Shown here piece by piece: positions 37,520-45,262 of a stretch of 64,000 bases of DNA. Source of the DNA: an uncultured Candidatus Saccharibacteria bacterium. GTDB taxonomy: Bacteria; Patescibacteriota; Minisyncoccia; Phycocordibacterales; UBA9973. A program made the translations under genes and the position numbers. Location: NCBI GenBank assembly GCA_964596395.1, contig CAZQSY010000004.1, positions 9,008 through 73,007 of the forward strand. Reading direction: 5' to 3'. A model generated the notes under the pieces. It did not search any database. It worked only from the letters and a program-made list of their open reading frames with translations, and was not told the origin of the DNA. Within the stretch, counting starts at the first letter, position 1. Each line of letters begins with the position of its first letter.

Positions 37520-38392
37520 ATGAAAAGCAAGACAGTATCGACATCGCCGCGTTTTCAAAAGTTTAAAAAACAGAAACACAAGACCTTGCGGCGCAAAATC
37601 TTTCTTTGGTTTTTTGCCGTTTCTTTGTTTTTTTTAGGGCTGACTTTTCTTTCAAGGATAGAGAAGATAAATATCGGGACGGTAGAAATCACCGGCAACA
37701 AGGTCTTAGAAAGCGGGGCCATTGAAGAAGTCGTCAGGGATAAGATCGCCGGCTATTATTTGTGGTTTTTCCCGAAGGCGAATTTTTTGCTTTATCCCGA
37801 CGAAAAAATAGCCGCAGAGCTGGCTGAAAGGTTTAAAAGATTAGAATCCATCAGTTTGAATTTGAAAGATTTCAAGACCCTCGAGGTTTACGTTACGGAA
37901 AGAATTCCGGTTTATATGTGGTGCGGCGAGTCGCTGGCTTCCGCAAAAGAAAAATGTTATTTCATGGATGAAATCGGATATATTTTTGACGAAGCGCCGT
38001 ATTTCTCGGGAGAAGTTTATTTCAAATTTTACGGCAAACTTTCAGCCGAAAGCGAAAGCCCGCTCGGCCTTTATTTCGCGCCGGAAAATTTTGCCCGGCT
38101 TGCGTCTTTCAAGAAACTGGTTGAGAAGATGGGACTGAAGCCCGCTGTTTTTTATCTCGACGAAAAAGGCGATGCGCGCATGTATCTTCCTTCGTTTGCC
38201 GGGCCGGTGCTTGAGAGGAAAACGGGGCCGGAAATAATTTTCAATATTGAAGACGATTTGAGCAAGGTGGCAGAAAACCTGCAGTCAATTCTCTCGACTG
38301 AACCCCTACAGACGGATTTCAAGAAAAAATATTCTTCGCTCTTATATATAGATTTGCGTTTTGGGAATAAAGTGTATTATAAATTCCGTTAA
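37520..38392 (+). CDS. Membrane-anchored protein, possibly FtsQ-like (POTRA-type) cell division protein
   Basis: Basic N-terminus and a single TM, then a beta-rich ~230-aa domain resembling FtsQ/DivIB. Weak assignment. Confidence 0.35.
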   Translation: MKSKTVSTSPRFQKFKKQKHKTLRRKIFLWFFAVSLFFLGLTFLSRIEKINIGTVEITGNKVLESGAIEEVVRDKIAGYYLWFFPKANFLLYPDEKIAAELAERFKRLESISLNLKDFKTLEVYVTERIPVYMWCGESLASAKEKCYFMDEIGYIFDEAPYFSGEVYFKFYGKLSAESESPLGLYFAPENFARLASFKKLVEKMGLKPAVFYLDEKGDARMYLPSFAGPVLERKTGPEIIFNIEDDLSKVAENLQSILSTEPLQTDFKKKYSSLLYIDLRFGNKVYYKFR

Positions 38393-39435
38393 TGCGGAAT
38401 TTCTGGATAAAATTAAATAGACCTTTTTTCTGCCTGGCGCCGATGGCCGATGTTACTGATTGCGCTTTCAGAAAGGTTATAGCCAATTATGGCAAACCGG
38501 ATGTGTTCTGGACGGAATTTGTTTCAGCTGATGGCTTGGCACACCCGAAGGCCAGAGGAAAGCTTTTGATTGACTTAAAATTTTCCAAAGACGAGCACCC
38601 GATAGTGGCGCAGATATTTGGTGCTAACCCTGAAAACATCAAGGAAGCTGCCGTCTTGTGCCGAGAGCTCGGCTTTGACGGGGTAGATATAAACATGGGT
38701 TGCCCCGACCGAACGATTGAAAAACAAGGCGCCGGAGCGGCCATGATTAAAAACCCAAAACTCGCGCGCGAAATTATACGAGCAGCCAAAGAAGGGGCAG
38801 AGGGTTTGCCCGTGTCGGTGAAGACGCGCATTGGCTACAGCAAGGTTGAGATTGAAACCTGGCTGCCGGAAATATTGAAAGGAAATTTGGCGGCGCTTAC
38901 GATTCACTTGAGGACCAGGAAAGAAATGTCTGATGTACCGGCGCATTGGGAACTTATGAAAAGAATCGTTGAGATTCGCGATGAAATTAGCCCGGAAACT
39001 TTACTTATTGGCAACGGCGATGTGGTGAGTTTAGAAGATGCAAGAGCAAAAACCAAAGAGTATGGCTGTGATGGAGTAATGCTAGGCAGAGCCATTTTCG
39101 GAAATCCGTGGCTGTTCAGAAACCTCACCAGTACTGTTTTTTCGTCCCTGCGCCCTCCTTCGGTGCGCTTCAGGTCCCCAAAGCGGGACCCTCGGGAACA
39201 AAAAAACAGCACTGGCGAGGTTTCTTTAAAGGAAAAGCTGAAGGTTTTGATAGAACACACGAAACTTTTTGAAAAAGAGTTCAAGGGTATAAAAAGTTTT
39301 GACGTTATGAAGAAGCATTACAAAGCATACGTGAACGGTTTCGATGGCGCGAAGGAGCTTCGCATAAAACTCATGGAAACCAAAAACGTCAGAGACGTTG
39401 AAAAAATAGTGAAGGATTTTCTGGAAAAGATGTGA
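38392..39435 (+). CDS. dus: tRNA-dihydrouridine synthase with an in-frame palindromic-element insertion
   Basis: CLAPMADVTD, FMN-binding TIM-barrel motifs, GNPWLF. Residues STVFSSLRPPSVRFRSPKRDPREQKNSTGEVS are encoded by the family-A element at 39128-39214. Confidence 0.85.
   Translation: MRNFWIKLNRPFFCLAPMADVTDCAFRKVIANYGKPDVFWTEFVSADGLAHPKARGKLLIDLKFSKDEHPIVAQIFGANPENIKEAAVLCRELGFDGVDINMGCPDRTIEKQGAGAAMIKNPKLAREIIRAAKEGAEGLPVSVKTRIGYSKVEIETWLPEILKGNLAALTIHLRTRKEMSDVPAHWELMKRIVEIRDEISPETLLIGNGDVVSLEDARAKTKEYGCDGVMLGRAIFGNPWLFRNLTSTVFSSLRPPSVRFRSPKRDPREQKNSTGEVSLKEKLKVLIEHTKLFEKEFKGIKSFDVMKKHYKAYVNGFDGAKELRIKLMETKNVRDVEKIVKDFLEKM
39128..39214 (-). repeat. Family-A palindromic element copy inside dus (reverse orientation, read through in frame)
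   Basis: The reverse complement matches the trpS-leader core at ~95%. It is flanked by its own inverted arms cagtactgttttttt / aaaaaacagcactg, which differ from the trpS-copy arms but stay complementary. Confidence 0.7.
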
Positions 39436-39447
39436 TATAGTTTTCTT

Positions 39448-40485
39448 ATGCATGAACTCGCGCTATACCGCAAATACCGCCCCAAAAAATGGGAACAGGT
39501 TTTCGGCCAAAACCACGTTACGGATGTTTTGGAAAGTTCGGTTAAGGAAGGCAAGGTATCGCATGCCTATCTTTTTGTGGGTTCGCGTGGCACGGGCAAA
39601 ACTTCGGTAGCCCGCATTTTCGCCAGGGAAATAGGCGTTTCCGAAAATGACTTGTATGAGATAGACGCCGCTTCAAACCGCGGGATAGAAGACATCCGCG
39701 CGCTCCGCGACGGGGCGCGGGTATTGCCGTTTGATTCAAAATACAAGGTCTATATCATAGACGAGGTGCATATGCTTTCTAAAGACGCGTGGGGTGCGCT
39801 TTTGAAGATTCTGGAAGAGCCGCCCAAGCACGTGATTTTTATTTTGGCTACCACTGAGGTTCACAAAGTGCCCGAGACGATTATTTCCCGCTGTCAGGTT
39901 TTCACTTTCAAGAAGGCCCCGGAGGCCATGCTTAGGAACATTGTCGCGGACGTTGCCAAGGAGGAAGGTTATGAATTGGAAAAAGGCGGAGCGGAACTCT
40001 TGGCAATTCTAGCCGAAGGGTCTTATCGCGATGGGCTCGGCGTACTGCAAAAAGTCCTCAATTTTTCGAAGACCAAAAAAATAAAAAGGGAGGATGTCGA
40101 GAAAATAACCGGCGCGCCACAGACGACGCTGGTGAATAATTTTATTCTGGCTATCGCTTCAAAGGATTTGGAAAAAGGAATCCTCTCGGTGCAGGAAGCC
40201 GCCGGGCTCAATTTAGACATGAAGCTTTATCTGCGCCTGATTGTCGAAAAATTCCGCGCGGCGGTGATGCTTAAATATGCGCCGAGGATGGAGAAAGAAA
40301 TTGCCGGCGATTTAGGGGAAGACGATTTGGTTTTTCTGAAAGAAATAATAAAAGAAGATAAAGAGGGCATGCTCCGCTCACCGGCTTTGGTAACGCTCCT
40401 TAAGGCCTACAGCGAAATAGACCGGGCGTTTCTTTCTGAACTTCCGCTTGAGATTGCGCTGGTGGAGATAATTGGAGAAAAATAA
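39448..40485 (+). CDS. dnaX: DNA polymerase III gamma/tau-family clamp-loader subunit (short form)
   Basis: KYRPKKWEQVFGQNHV, P-loop GSRGTGKTS, DEVHML, SRC-like TIISRCQ. At 345 aa it could alternatively be delta-prime. Confidence 0.7.
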   Translation: MHELALYRKYRPKKWEQVFGQNHVTDVLESSVKEGKVSHAYLFVGSRGTGKTSVARIFAREIGVSENDLYEIDAASNRGIEDIRALRDGARVLPFDSKYKVYIIDEVHMLSKDAWGALLKILEEPPKHVIFILATTEVHKVPETIISRCQVFTFKKAPEAMLRNIVADVAKEEGYELEKGGAELLAILAEGSYRDGLGVLQKVLNFSKTKKIKREDVEKITGAPQTTLVNNFILAIASKDLEKGILSVQEAAGLNLDMKLYLRLIVEKFRAAVMLKYAPRMEKEIAGDLGEDDLVFLKEIIKEDKEGMLRSPALVTLLKAYSEIDRAFLSELPLEIALVEIIGEK

Positions 40486-40487
40486 TC

Positions 40488-41018
40488 ATGAAAAAAGTCA
40501 TCGTCGCTTCGGAAAATCCGGTGAAAATAAAAGTGGCGGAGAAGGCTTTTGCTTCGATGTATCCCGGCGAGCAATTTGAATTCGTTGGGGTGAAAACTGA
40601 TTCGGTCGTGCCTGACCAGCCGATGGAAGACGAGGCAAGAATCGGCGCAAATAACCGCCTTAAGTTTATAAAAGAAAAATATCCTGATGCTGATTTTTGG
40701 ATAGCCCAAGAAGGAGGAATTTTCACCGATAAGAGCCAATTATCTGTTTGCGCATGGATAACTGTCTGCGACAAAAGCGGTTTTATTTCTGAAGCTTGTA
40801 CATCTAGTTTTTATTTGCCAAAAAAAGTAGCGGAATACGTGAAAAGCGGTCTTGAGTTAGGACACGCAACCGATAAATTTTTTAATACGGAAAATATGAA
40901 ACAAAAGGGCGGGATTGTAAGCATTTTGACTGATGGTGTCATAGACAGGGTGCACTATTACCTTCAGCCCGCGATTTTAGCTTTGTCTGAGATTAAACAT
41001 AAGGACTGGTTTGTGTAA
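40488..41018 (+). CDS. Inosine/xanthosine triphosphatase (YjjX-family non-canonical NTP phosphatase)
   Basis: VASENPVKIKVAEKAF...VPDQPMEDEARIGANNR...DFWIAQEGG matches the YjjX family. Confidence 0.65.
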   Translation: MKKVIVASENPVKIKVAEKAFASMYPGEQFEFVGVKTDSVVPDQPMEDEARIGANNRLKFIKEKYPDADFWIAQEGGIFTDKSQLSVCAWITVCDKSGFISEACTSSFYLPKKVAEYVKSGLELGHATDKFFNTENMKQKGGIVSILTDGVIDRVHYYLQPAILALSEIKHKDWFV

Positions 41019-41019
41019 T

Positions 41020-41610
41020 ATGAAAATACTTTTTATTCGTCACGCGGAGACAGAGACAAACGTGAAAGAGCTTACTCACAAGACAGGTGACCCCGTTGGA
41101 TTGACTGAACTCGGGAAAAAGCAGGCACAGGATTTGGGCAAAATATGCAAAAAGAACCAAGTTGAAATTATTTTTACTTCTCCTGAACAAAGAGCCGTTG
41201 AAACCGCGGATATAATAGCTAAAGAATTAAACCTAAGGCTGGAGGTTTTGAAAGGATTCGCGGAAAGAAATTGGGGAGAGTGGGAGGGCAGGTCTTGGCC
41301 AGAGATAGAGAAGGTTCTTGCGCCTATGAGCCTGGAGGAGCGTTATAATTTTGTTCCGCCAGAGGGCGAATCTTGGAGGGAGATGGAAGCAAGGCTGAAG
41401 GAAGGCTTGAGCGCCATAACTAATCAACAGTATTCTAGCGTAGCAGCAGTAACTCACGAGGGGGCCTTGCGAGGTTTGATGCCCCTGTTGCATAACTCCC
41501 CGAGAGATAGTAGTTTTAAATATCATTTTGATAACGCTTCGGTATCCGTTTTTGAATATCAAGATGGCATATTCACAGAGTTGATAAATGGAGTGGATAA
41601 AACTAACTGA
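41020..41610 (+). CDS. Histidine phosphatase family protein (phosphoglycerate mutase-like)
   Basis: RHAETE catalytic motif near the N-terminus. Start at MKILFIRHAE. Confidence 0.65.
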   Translation: MKILFIRHAETETNVKELTHKTGDPVGLTELGKKQAQDLGKICKKNQVEIIFTSPEQRAVETADIIAKELNLRLEVLKGFAERNWGEWEGRSWPEIEKVLAPMSLEERYNFVPPEGESWREMEARLKEGLSAITNQQYSSVAAVTHEGALRGLMPLLHNSPRDSSFKYHFDNASVSVFEYQDGIFTELINGVDKTN

Positions 41611-42667
41611 AAAAAATCACAAAGAGGCAATAAAAAAGGCCATCGCCGTTTTAAGGGACGGCGGTTTGGTTGTTTACCCGACCGAGACCTGCTACGGCAT
41701 AGGCGCGGATGCTACGAATCAAAAGGCGGTAAATAAACTTTTGGCGTACAAGACTATGCGCGGGGATAAGCCCATTTCGGTCGCGGTGACAGGCAAAATT
41801 ATGGCCGAGAAATACGTGCATATAAACAAAACCGCCGAAAATATTTACGACAACTTTCTGCCCGGGCCGATAACGGTCGTATCAAAAGGGAAAGGGAAAC
41901 TGGCCAAAGGCGTGGAAAGCCCGACCGGTACGCAGGGCATACGCGTACCCGATTACTCTTTTGTGTTTGAGCTTTTAAAAAAATACAAAAGGCCGATTAC
42001 CGCTACTTCGGCGAATGCTTCATACAAGAAAACACCGTACGCGATAGACGATATTTTGAAAAATATTTCTGAGCGCCAGAAAAAACTGATTGGCCTAATA
42101 ATTGACGCTGGCAAATTGCCTAAAAGAAAACCCAGCACGGTGATTGATACCACGCTCGAAGGAATACACATTGTACGCGAAGGAAGCATAAAAATTTCAA
42201 GCCCTGATATTTTTCAATCAAGTTCCTTGGAAGATACCGAGCGGTTTGTTCATGAAATTTACGGCAAACTGGGAAAAAATTTGGGAAAGAAAAACATTGT
42301 TTTTCTTTTACAGGGGGAGCTCGGGGCGGGCAAGACGCATTTCGCGAAATATTTGGCGAAAAAACTCGGCGTCAAGGAAGTGGTGACTTCGCCGACTTTT
42401 ACGTTGTGCAACGAGTACGCGGGAAAAGCGGGCGGGAAAAAAGTGAAATTCCATCATATAGACACGTACAGAATGTATAATCCCGAAGAAATTGATGCGT
42501 TGAAACCTGAAGAAATTTTCAGAACGCCGAATGTGGTGGCGATTGAATGGGCGAACAAGGTGTATGGGCACATAGGTAAACATTTGGGGAACGCGGTGGT
42601 AGTAGAAATTTTAATCAGCGCGCCGGGGGAGACGGAAAGGGTGTTTGAGTATAAAATAAAAAGATGA
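41588..42667 (+). CDS. Fused TsaC/Sua5/YrdC (threonylcarbamoyl-AMP synthase) - TsaE (YjeE P-loop ATPase) protein
   Basis: N-terminal YrdC domain (VVYPTETCYGIGADA, KxR). C-terminal TsaE domain (GELGAGKTHFAKYLAKKLGV...SPTFTL). Immediately upstream of tsaD. Confidence 0.8.
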   Translation: MEWIKLTEKNHKEAIKKAIAVLRDGGLVVYPTETCYGIGADATNQKAVNKLLAYKTMRGDKPISVAVTGKIMAEKYVHINKTAENIYDNFLPGPITVVSKGKGKLAKGVESPTGTQGIRVPDYSFVFELLKKYKRPITATSANASYKKTPYAIDDILKNISERQKKLIGLIIDAGKLPKRKPSTVIDTTLEGIHIVREGSIKISSPDIFQSSSLEDTERFVHEIYGKLGKNLGKKNIVFLLQGELGAGKTHFAKYLAKKLGVKEVVTSPTFTLCNEYAGKAGGKKVKFHHIDTYRMYNPEEIDALKPEEIFRTPNVVAIEWANKVYGHIGKHLGNAVVVEILISAPGETERVFEYKIKR

Positions 42668-42679
42668 AAAGCAACCTTC

Positions 42680-42758
42680 GCGGCAGCATGCTTTTGCTCG
42701 GGTCCTCGGGTCGCCCTGCTGGGCTCAACCAGACCAGCTCGCAAAAGTATGCTGCCGC
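42680..42758. repeat. Family-B palindromic element (18-bp terminal inverted repeats gcggcagcatgcttttgc / gcaaaagtatgctgccgc), intergenic copy
   Basis: Fills most of the tsaCE-tsaD spacer. A second copy at 42995-43091 shares both termini and inner blocks tcgggtcctcgggtcg and ctcaaccagaccagctcg. Confidence 0.75.
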
Positions 42759-42770
42759 TTCGGCTTAAAC

Positions 42771-43970
42771 ATGAAAAAGATTTACACGTTAGGCATAGAT
42801 ACTTCCTGCGACGACACTTCGGTGGCGGTTTTAGAGAACGACAAGGTACTCGCGAATGTGGTTTCTTCGCAAATTGACGTGCATAAAGAATGGGGCGGGG
42901 TGGTGCCGAACCTAGCGCGCCGGGAACACGAGAGATTAATTGGCGGGTGTATTGAGCTCGCTCTAAAGCGCGCGGGTTTTTTGCAATCGCCTCTGCGGCT
43001 GCATGCTTTTGCTCGGGTCCTCGGGTCGGCCGCACATGAAGTTTTGAATGGTGCGGCCTCAACCAGACCAGCTCGCAAAAGCATGCTGCCGTTTCGGCTA
43101 GGAAGTACGCCTGCGACGAGTTTCGGTGTGTTAGTTAAAAAATTAGACGCCATAGCAGTGACGCATGGCCCGGGGCTCGCACCTGCGCTTGAAGTGGGCG
43201 TGGCCTGGGCAAAAAGAATCGCCTTGGAAAATAATTTGCTTCTTATTGCCGTGAATCATATGGAAGGCCACACGCTTTCGGTATTTTTGAAAAATAAAAA
43301 CGGGAAAAATTATTCGGGGCTGAAGCAGGCAAAGTTTCCTTTTCTCGCGCTGAACGTTTCGGGTGGGCATACAGAACTCGCGTGGGTAGAGAGGTTGGGA
43401 GAATATAAAATTCTGGGGCAGACGCTGGATGACGCTGCCGGCGAATGCTTTGACAAGGTGGCGCGGATGCTTGATTTGGGATACCCGGGCGGGGAGCTGA
43501 TTTCTAAATTCGCTGAAGGCGCTAACCGGGATAAATATCCTCTGCCTCGGCCGATGCTCTGGAGCAAAGATTATAATTTTAGTTTTTCCGGCCTCAAGAC
43601 CGCTTGCCTGTATAATACGAACAAATTGAAAGAAAAACTCGGCAAAGATTTCGCCAAAATTATTCCCGATTACTGCGCTTCCGTGCAGGAAGCGATTGTT
43701 GACTGCCTAGTCATAAAAACCGCCAAAGCTGTAAAAGAATTCAAGCCGAAAATGCTCGTCTTGGGCGGGGGAGTCGCCGCGAACTCGCGCCTGCGCGCGA
43801 GAATCCGCAAAGAGGCGAAAAATTTGGGTGTACCGGTGTATTTTCCCGATAAGAAATTTACTTCCGACAACGCGGCCATGATAGCGCTCGCCGGCTATCA
43901 CAAATTTCTCCGTGGAGAATTCTCCGACCCGAAAAGATTAGAGCGCGTGCCGTCACTTAGATTGGGGTAG
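42771..43970 (+). CDS. tsaD: tRNA N6-adenosine threonylcarbamoyltransferase TsaD (Kae1/Gcp) with in-frame palindromic-element insertion
   Basis: GIDTSCDDTSVAV, HMEGH and GGVAAN motifs. There are ~45 extra residues (LQSPLRLHAFARVLGSAAHEVLNGAASTRPARKSMLPFRLGSTPATSF) between the first helix and GPGL, where homologs have about 8. Confidence 0.85.
   Translation: MKKIYTLGIDTSCDDTSVAVLENDKVLANVVSSQIDVHKEWGGVVPNLARREHERLIGGCIELALKRAGFLQSPLRLHAFARVLGSAAHEVLNGAASTRPARKSMLPFRLGSTPATSFGVLVKKLDAIAVTHGPGLAPALEVGVAWAKRIALENNLLLIAVNHMEGHTLSVFLKNKNGKNYSGLKQAKFPFLALNVSGGHTELAWVERLGEYKILGQTLDDAAGECFDKVARMLDLGYPGGELISKFAEGANRDKYPLPRPMLWSKDYNFSFSGLKTACLYNTNKLKEKLGKDFAKIIPDYCASVQEAIVDCLVIKTAKAVKEFKPKMLVLGGGVAANSRLRARIRKEAKNLGVPVYFPDKKFTSDNAAMIALAGYHKFLRGEFSDPKRLERVPSLRLG
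42995..43091 (+). repeat. Family-B palindromic element copy inserted in frame within tsaD
   Basis: Termini gcggctgcatgcttttgc ... gcaaaagcatgctgccg are retained. The interior differs from the intergenic copy by a ~14-nt indel. Confidence 0.75.
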
Positions 43971-44664
43971 TTTTTCTTTTACGCAAATCCGAAAATATTA
44001 AGATAAGGCACCAGAGCAAAACTATAGAAATTTGAATCAAGAGGTCTTGCATTCCGCCCGATGTCACGAGAACTAGCGCTTTACTGCCCATAGCGTACAC
44101 GACAATTCCGGTAATTAAATTCCAGAAGACCGATGCGCTTATCGAAGATAAAATAAATTTTTTGAAAGGTATTTTCAGTATTCCAGAAGCGGTGTCAACT
44201 ACAGTTGCCAAACTCGGCAGCCAGTAGCTTGCCCATATTGCCTTTGTGTCATTCTGTGAAAGTTTTTCTTGCGCTTCTTCGATTGATTTTTTTGTACCGA
44301 GCTTGGCTAAGAGTTTGTACCATCCGTACCTCCCGAGCACGTAATTAGTCGCGTGGGCCAATATCAATCCCAAAGTTCCCAGAAATACCCTAGTTGCGGC
44401 TTCTTCAACTGAACTTGAACTAACTATGCTCACAAAGATGACAAATAGGCCCGGAAAGTAAGCGCCGATTAAAAGAATTCCTTCCACGAAAGCGCCCGCG
44501 AAAATTACCAACAGGCCATATTTATCCATCCATGCGCTTATGCTTTTTATAAGCTCGTCAGCAGAAGGCAACCCCAAAATTTTCCAGAGGATAAATATGG
44601 AAACAAACAATGCAAGCAAGCTCAAGGGGATGGACAAAAGTTTTAGATAGTATCTGAATACCAC
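43957..44664 (-). CDS. DedA/VTT-domain family membrane protein
   Basis: DedA-like motif FAGAFVEGILLIGAYFPG and polytopic hydropathy. Confidence 0.6.
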   Translation of the reverse strand: MVFRYYLKLLSIPLSLLALFVSIFILWKILGLPSADELIKSISAWMDKYGLLVIFAGAFVEGILLIGAYFPGLFVIFVSIVSSSSVEEAATRVFLGTLGLILAHATNYVLGRYGWYKLLAKLGTKKSIEEAQEKLSQNDTKAIWASYWLPSLATVVDTASGILKIPFKKFILSSISASVFWNLITGIVVYAMGSKALVLVTSGGMQDLLIQISIVLLWCLILIFSDLRKRKTTPI

Positions 44665-44715
44665 GATTTTAATTGTATCAAATTTGTGCTATATTTTCTC
44701 TGTGTTTTGTGGTAT

Positions 44716-44790
44716 TGGGAGATCGCCTGCCTGCGCAGGCAGGTCTAACGGTAGTCACCTCATCGGCGACCCGCCGAAAAGGCGGGGACA
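44716..44790 (+). pseudogene. tRNA 5' fragment (acceptor 5' strand + D-arm) interrupted by a family-C palindrome and followed by a 36-nt double-hairpin element
   Basis: tgggagatcg[cctgcctgcgcaggcagg]tctaacggtag parallels the tRNA-Gln start tgggagatcgtctaatggtag. It is followed by tcacctcatcggcgacccgccgaaaaggcggggaca, which is repeated at 45178-45213. Confidence 0.5.
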
Positions 44791-44801
44791 AAGATTAATC
44801 C

Positions 44802-45059
44802 ATGTATTATACTTACATATTACAAAGTTTAAAAAACGAACGAATGTATGTTGGAAGTACAGATGATTTAAAAAGAAGAGTTTCTGAGCACAATTCAGGT
44901 ATAGGTGGCTTGTATACCAAAAACAATCGACCCTTTAAGTTAATATACTACGAAGCGTACATTGAGAAAAAAGACGCAAGTCGGGCAGAAAAGTTTTACA
45001 AAACAGGATACGGTAGAGAAGTTTTGAATGGTAAATTAGAGGATTATTTGAAAAAATGA
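44802..45059 (+). CDS. Small GIY-YIG nuclease (COG2827/UPF0213-type URI-domain protein)
   Basis: MYYTYILQSLKNERMYVGSTDDLKRRVSEHN matches the GIY-YIG core. Paralog of 26279..26538. Ends 17 nt before tRNA-Gln. Confidence 0.75.
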   Translation: MYYTYILQSLKNERMYVGSTDDLKRRVSEHNSGIGGLYTKNNRPFKLIYYEAYIEKKDASRAEKFYKTGYGREVLNGKLEDYLKK

Positions 45060-45075
45060 TGTTCGCGAGCAGTGC

Positions 45076-45146
45076 TGGGAGATCGTCTAATGGTAGGACT
45101 CCTCCCTTTGAAGGAGGCTATCTTGGTTCGAATCCAAGTCTCCCAG
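45076..45146 (+). tRNA. tRNA-Gln (anticodon TTG) embedded in a 14-bp perfect extension of the acceptor helix
   Basis: Acceptor tgggaga/tctccca, D-arm gtct-aatggta-ggac, anticodon stem cctcc/ggagg with loop cTTTGaa, T-arm cttgg-TTCGAAT-ccaag. Flanks ttcgcgagcagtgc (45062-75) and gcactgctcgcgaa (45146-59) are exact reverse complements. Confidence 0.8.
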
Positions 45147-45173
45147 CACTGCTCGCGAATTAAAAATTTTTAA

Positions 45174-45262
45174 GTGGTAGTCGCCTCATCGGCGACCCGC
45201 CGAAAAGGCGGGGACAGTGGCCTTTGAAGCCATTAATTTTGGTTCGAATCCAAATCTCCCAG
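45174..45262 (+). pseudogene. tRNA 3' fragment (D-loop remnant + 36-nt element + anticodon arm TTG + T-arm + acceptor 3' strand)
   Basis: gtggtag + tcgcctcatcggcgacccgccgaaaaggcggggaca + gtggc-cTTTGaa-gccat + tttgg-TTCGAAT-ccaaa + tctccca g. The 5' acceptor strand and D-stem are absent here but present in the 44716-44790 fragment. Confidence 0.5.

Noticed and set aside
42454-43062. 202-aa antisense ORF overlapping tsaCE/tsaD and the family-B elements
   Set aside because: It lies opposite well-supported genes. Its length is inflated by the GC-rich palindromic element, which lacks stops in several frames.
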